A stretch of 64,000 nucleotides of DNA from Glycera tridactyla. Its lineage: Eukaryota. The position numbers and the translations under genes were made by a program. The notes below the pieces were generated by a model. It was not told the origin of the DNA. It saw nothing but the letters and a program-made list of their open reading frames with translations, and did not search any database. Position 1 is the first letter of the stretch. Each line of letters starts with the position of its first letter. The DNA is taken from positions 76,384,001 to 76,448,000 of the forward strand of contig OZ286465.1 of assembly GCA_965644265.1 (NCBI GenBank), in the 5' to 3' direction. This document shows, in pieces, positions 61,590 to 64,000 of the stretch.

Positions 61590-61980
61590 GGTTACAGTGC
61601 TATCAGACATTGTTTTTTTTTCGGATTCGGTGCTTTCAGACGTGATGCTATCCCATATCAGTGCTACCAGATCTCGGTGCTATCATATTTGGATGATATA
61701 ACATCTCGGTGCTATCAGATTATGATGGTACCATATCTTGGTGCCATCACATCTCAGTACTACCACATGTTGGTGCTATCAGATCGCAGTGATATCGGTT
61801 CTGGTGCTAGCAGATCTCCGTCTTGATGGGAACTTGTCTGAGTGTCATCTGATTTGTCACTGTCAGACTGTATTGCTACCAGAGATTGTCACTATCTGTC
61901 AGTGCTATCAATCCATGGTACTATGGGATATTGGTATCATTTCATATCGGCGTAATCAGATCTCAGTGCTATCAGATGCT
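61590..61980 (+). repeat. degenerate minisatellite of about 16 bp (consensus close to TCTCGGTGCTATCAGA)
   Basis: GTGCTATCAGA and variants recur many times at irregular short spacing. Confidence 0.8.
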
Positions 61981-62040
61981 GTGAGTGCTTCGCTTCCTTT
62001 TTCAGTTGAAAGTGGCTGTGAAACACATATTGGTGTATCC

Positions 62041-62675
62041 GGATAGGGAAAGGCAATAATGTAGTCAGGCATATCAAGTCCATGATAGCAACTCATAGTC
62101 ACGTACGGACCTGTGACACAGTGCATGTATATCCATCATTTTGTGGCCGACCATTGATTGAAACAAATGTTTGTTCGAATCAGACCCCATGCACAATCTT
62201 AGATCACTATATCTATCATAGGTATGATCGCGAGCTCATTAAAGTATGACAGCTAAACTGGGATTCACTTGTATGTATCCACTGATTATTTCATTTTCTC
62301 TGTGATTCCTAGCAATTGCTTTATTCTCACATTGATCTAAAGCGAATCACTATATTTATGTGTATCTGGATAGGGCAAGGCGATAATGTAGTGAGGTTTC
62401 TCAAGTCCATGATAGCAACTCATAGTGACCTACGAACCTGTGACACAGTGCATGTATATTCATCATTTTGTGGCCAACCATTGATTGAAACAGTTGTTTG
62501 TTTGAATCGGACACCATGAACAATCTTAGATCACTTTATCTATCATGGGTATGATCGCGAGCTCATTAAAGTATGACAGCTAAACTGTGATCCACTGGGA
62601 TTTTGTATGTATCCACTGATTATTTCATCTTCTCATATTGATCTCAGGCGAATTGCTATGCTTATGTATTTGTGT
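62041..62675 (+). repeat. 327-bp-period tandem duplication
   Basis: GGATAGGG(A/C)AAGGC(A/G)ATAATGTAGT starts at 62041 and 62368. Long exact stretches are shared (e.g. GGTATGATCGCGAGCTCATTAAAGTATGACAGCTAAACTG), with indels near the unit ends. Confidence 0.95.
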
Positions 62676-64000
62676 ATAGTGAATTGCCACTTTCACAAAT
62701 TCATCAGAAGTGACTCACTATGTTCAGACATTCGTCCATATTGAAATCTCCATTTTGATTCATCGACATATACAGTATCACACAGTTGCTCAAATATGAG
62801 TCAGCTCCTATCTATAAAGGCCATGCAGGTATTTGGTAAAACAGAAAAATCAAACCTAGAATTACACGTACTCATCGAAGTCTGTGATTTCGTAGAAAAA
62901 TATCCGTTTTATCCTCTAATCAAATTGTGTTCAGGCACACAGATTGCATTTATTTCGAGTTGTCAAATGTATAGTACACTTGATCATGAGTAATATAACA
63001 GGGTGACGGAGGTACAGGGAGGGGTCTCGCATCTCACCACTCTCAGTATATCACATGCATGGCCATGTTCCCGGGGTGCCACAGCATATGTATGTAAATA
63101 TTCGGTTATACGGGAAACCGCAGGTCGGAAATGGATACCCTCGATGGACGAGCCTGCAATAATCGGATCATCGAAGTATTTATCAGAATTTTAGTCACTT
63201 TAGCACGTTCATTCTCAGAATTCCCAGAGATTCACGTATCCAGAAACTGTGCAAATTTGGGAACACACCACGTGTCTCAGAGAAATGAAAACCATACAGT
63301 GTCCATCCAGCTGAAAGCAAAACCTGGTGAAATACATTTCATGAGATTTGAACTTCACTGATTGAACCAATGATTCATTGATTCACTGATTGCCTGAAAT
63401 ACATCGACCCTATGAATATCTGCTTCTTCGATCAATCAATCAACCCATTCATAGCCCTGACGTTGTTGGTTAGTTCGTTTGTATTGACTGATAGATTTCA
63501 TTCTGGCCAGACCTTGAGAGTCTCGGCTTTTCCTGGTGGTGATGCTTCTTGGGGGTAAAATGTCTCATCTTTGTCAGTTGCAACCCCCCAGCCGTGATTA
63601 GATTCCGAACTCTCCTCTCTTGTGCTTGCATTTGCATGTACTTTTGCAGAGAGGTGCACTTTTTCTAGATACTCACATAGTCACCCAGCCTTAGTTGTGT
63701 GTTGCTACTCGCAGCTTACATGTTCTGACCTCGAGATTAGGGACAGTCATGTCTTGTAAACTGTGATCCAGTGTAGATGTATGTTCCCTGCATGCAGGTT
63801 AGCCAGCCTCACCCTTCTCTCGCGATTACCCATTCGAATAAGCTCTTACCCTTGGGTGAGGACGATACCCCTGCGCCACGCGATACTCACTCAAAAGACG
63901 CCTGGAGTTTCTGCTGTGTGCTCGTTCCAAAGCAGAATTCATTTGTATACTTGTATGATTTTAATGGTTTAATTGCATGGATCTCATCAAATGGAAATAA

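Overview
AT-rich, repeat-dense eukaryotic genomic DNA, probably from an animal (inference), with nine short N-gaps and no host gene I can support. The main feature is one young, apparently full-length 9.3-kb non-LTR retrotransposon of the CR1/L2/Crack group at 11492-20796 (+). It has three coding units: a very large RRM-type ORF1 (11663-13837, continuing in frame to 14368 past a single TGA), a separate SGNH/GDSL hydrolase ORF with an intact catalytic set (14846-15670), and an uninterrupted APE-RT ORF2 (17112-20066). Long spacers between them carry splice, poly(A), TATA-like and G-tract signals. Both ends can be placed precisely because the element split an older antisense LINE relic: the two flanks rejoin in frame across a duplicated GAT. 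The rest of the window is decayed TE relics (L2, CR1, RTE/L1-like, two DIRS-like copies, Gypsy, possibly Penelope), a TTAA-flanked hairpin MITE, a 102/103-bp satellite with a nascent dimeric higher-order repeat, local duplications and microsatellites. All family assignments come from motif recognition by eye; no database search was run.
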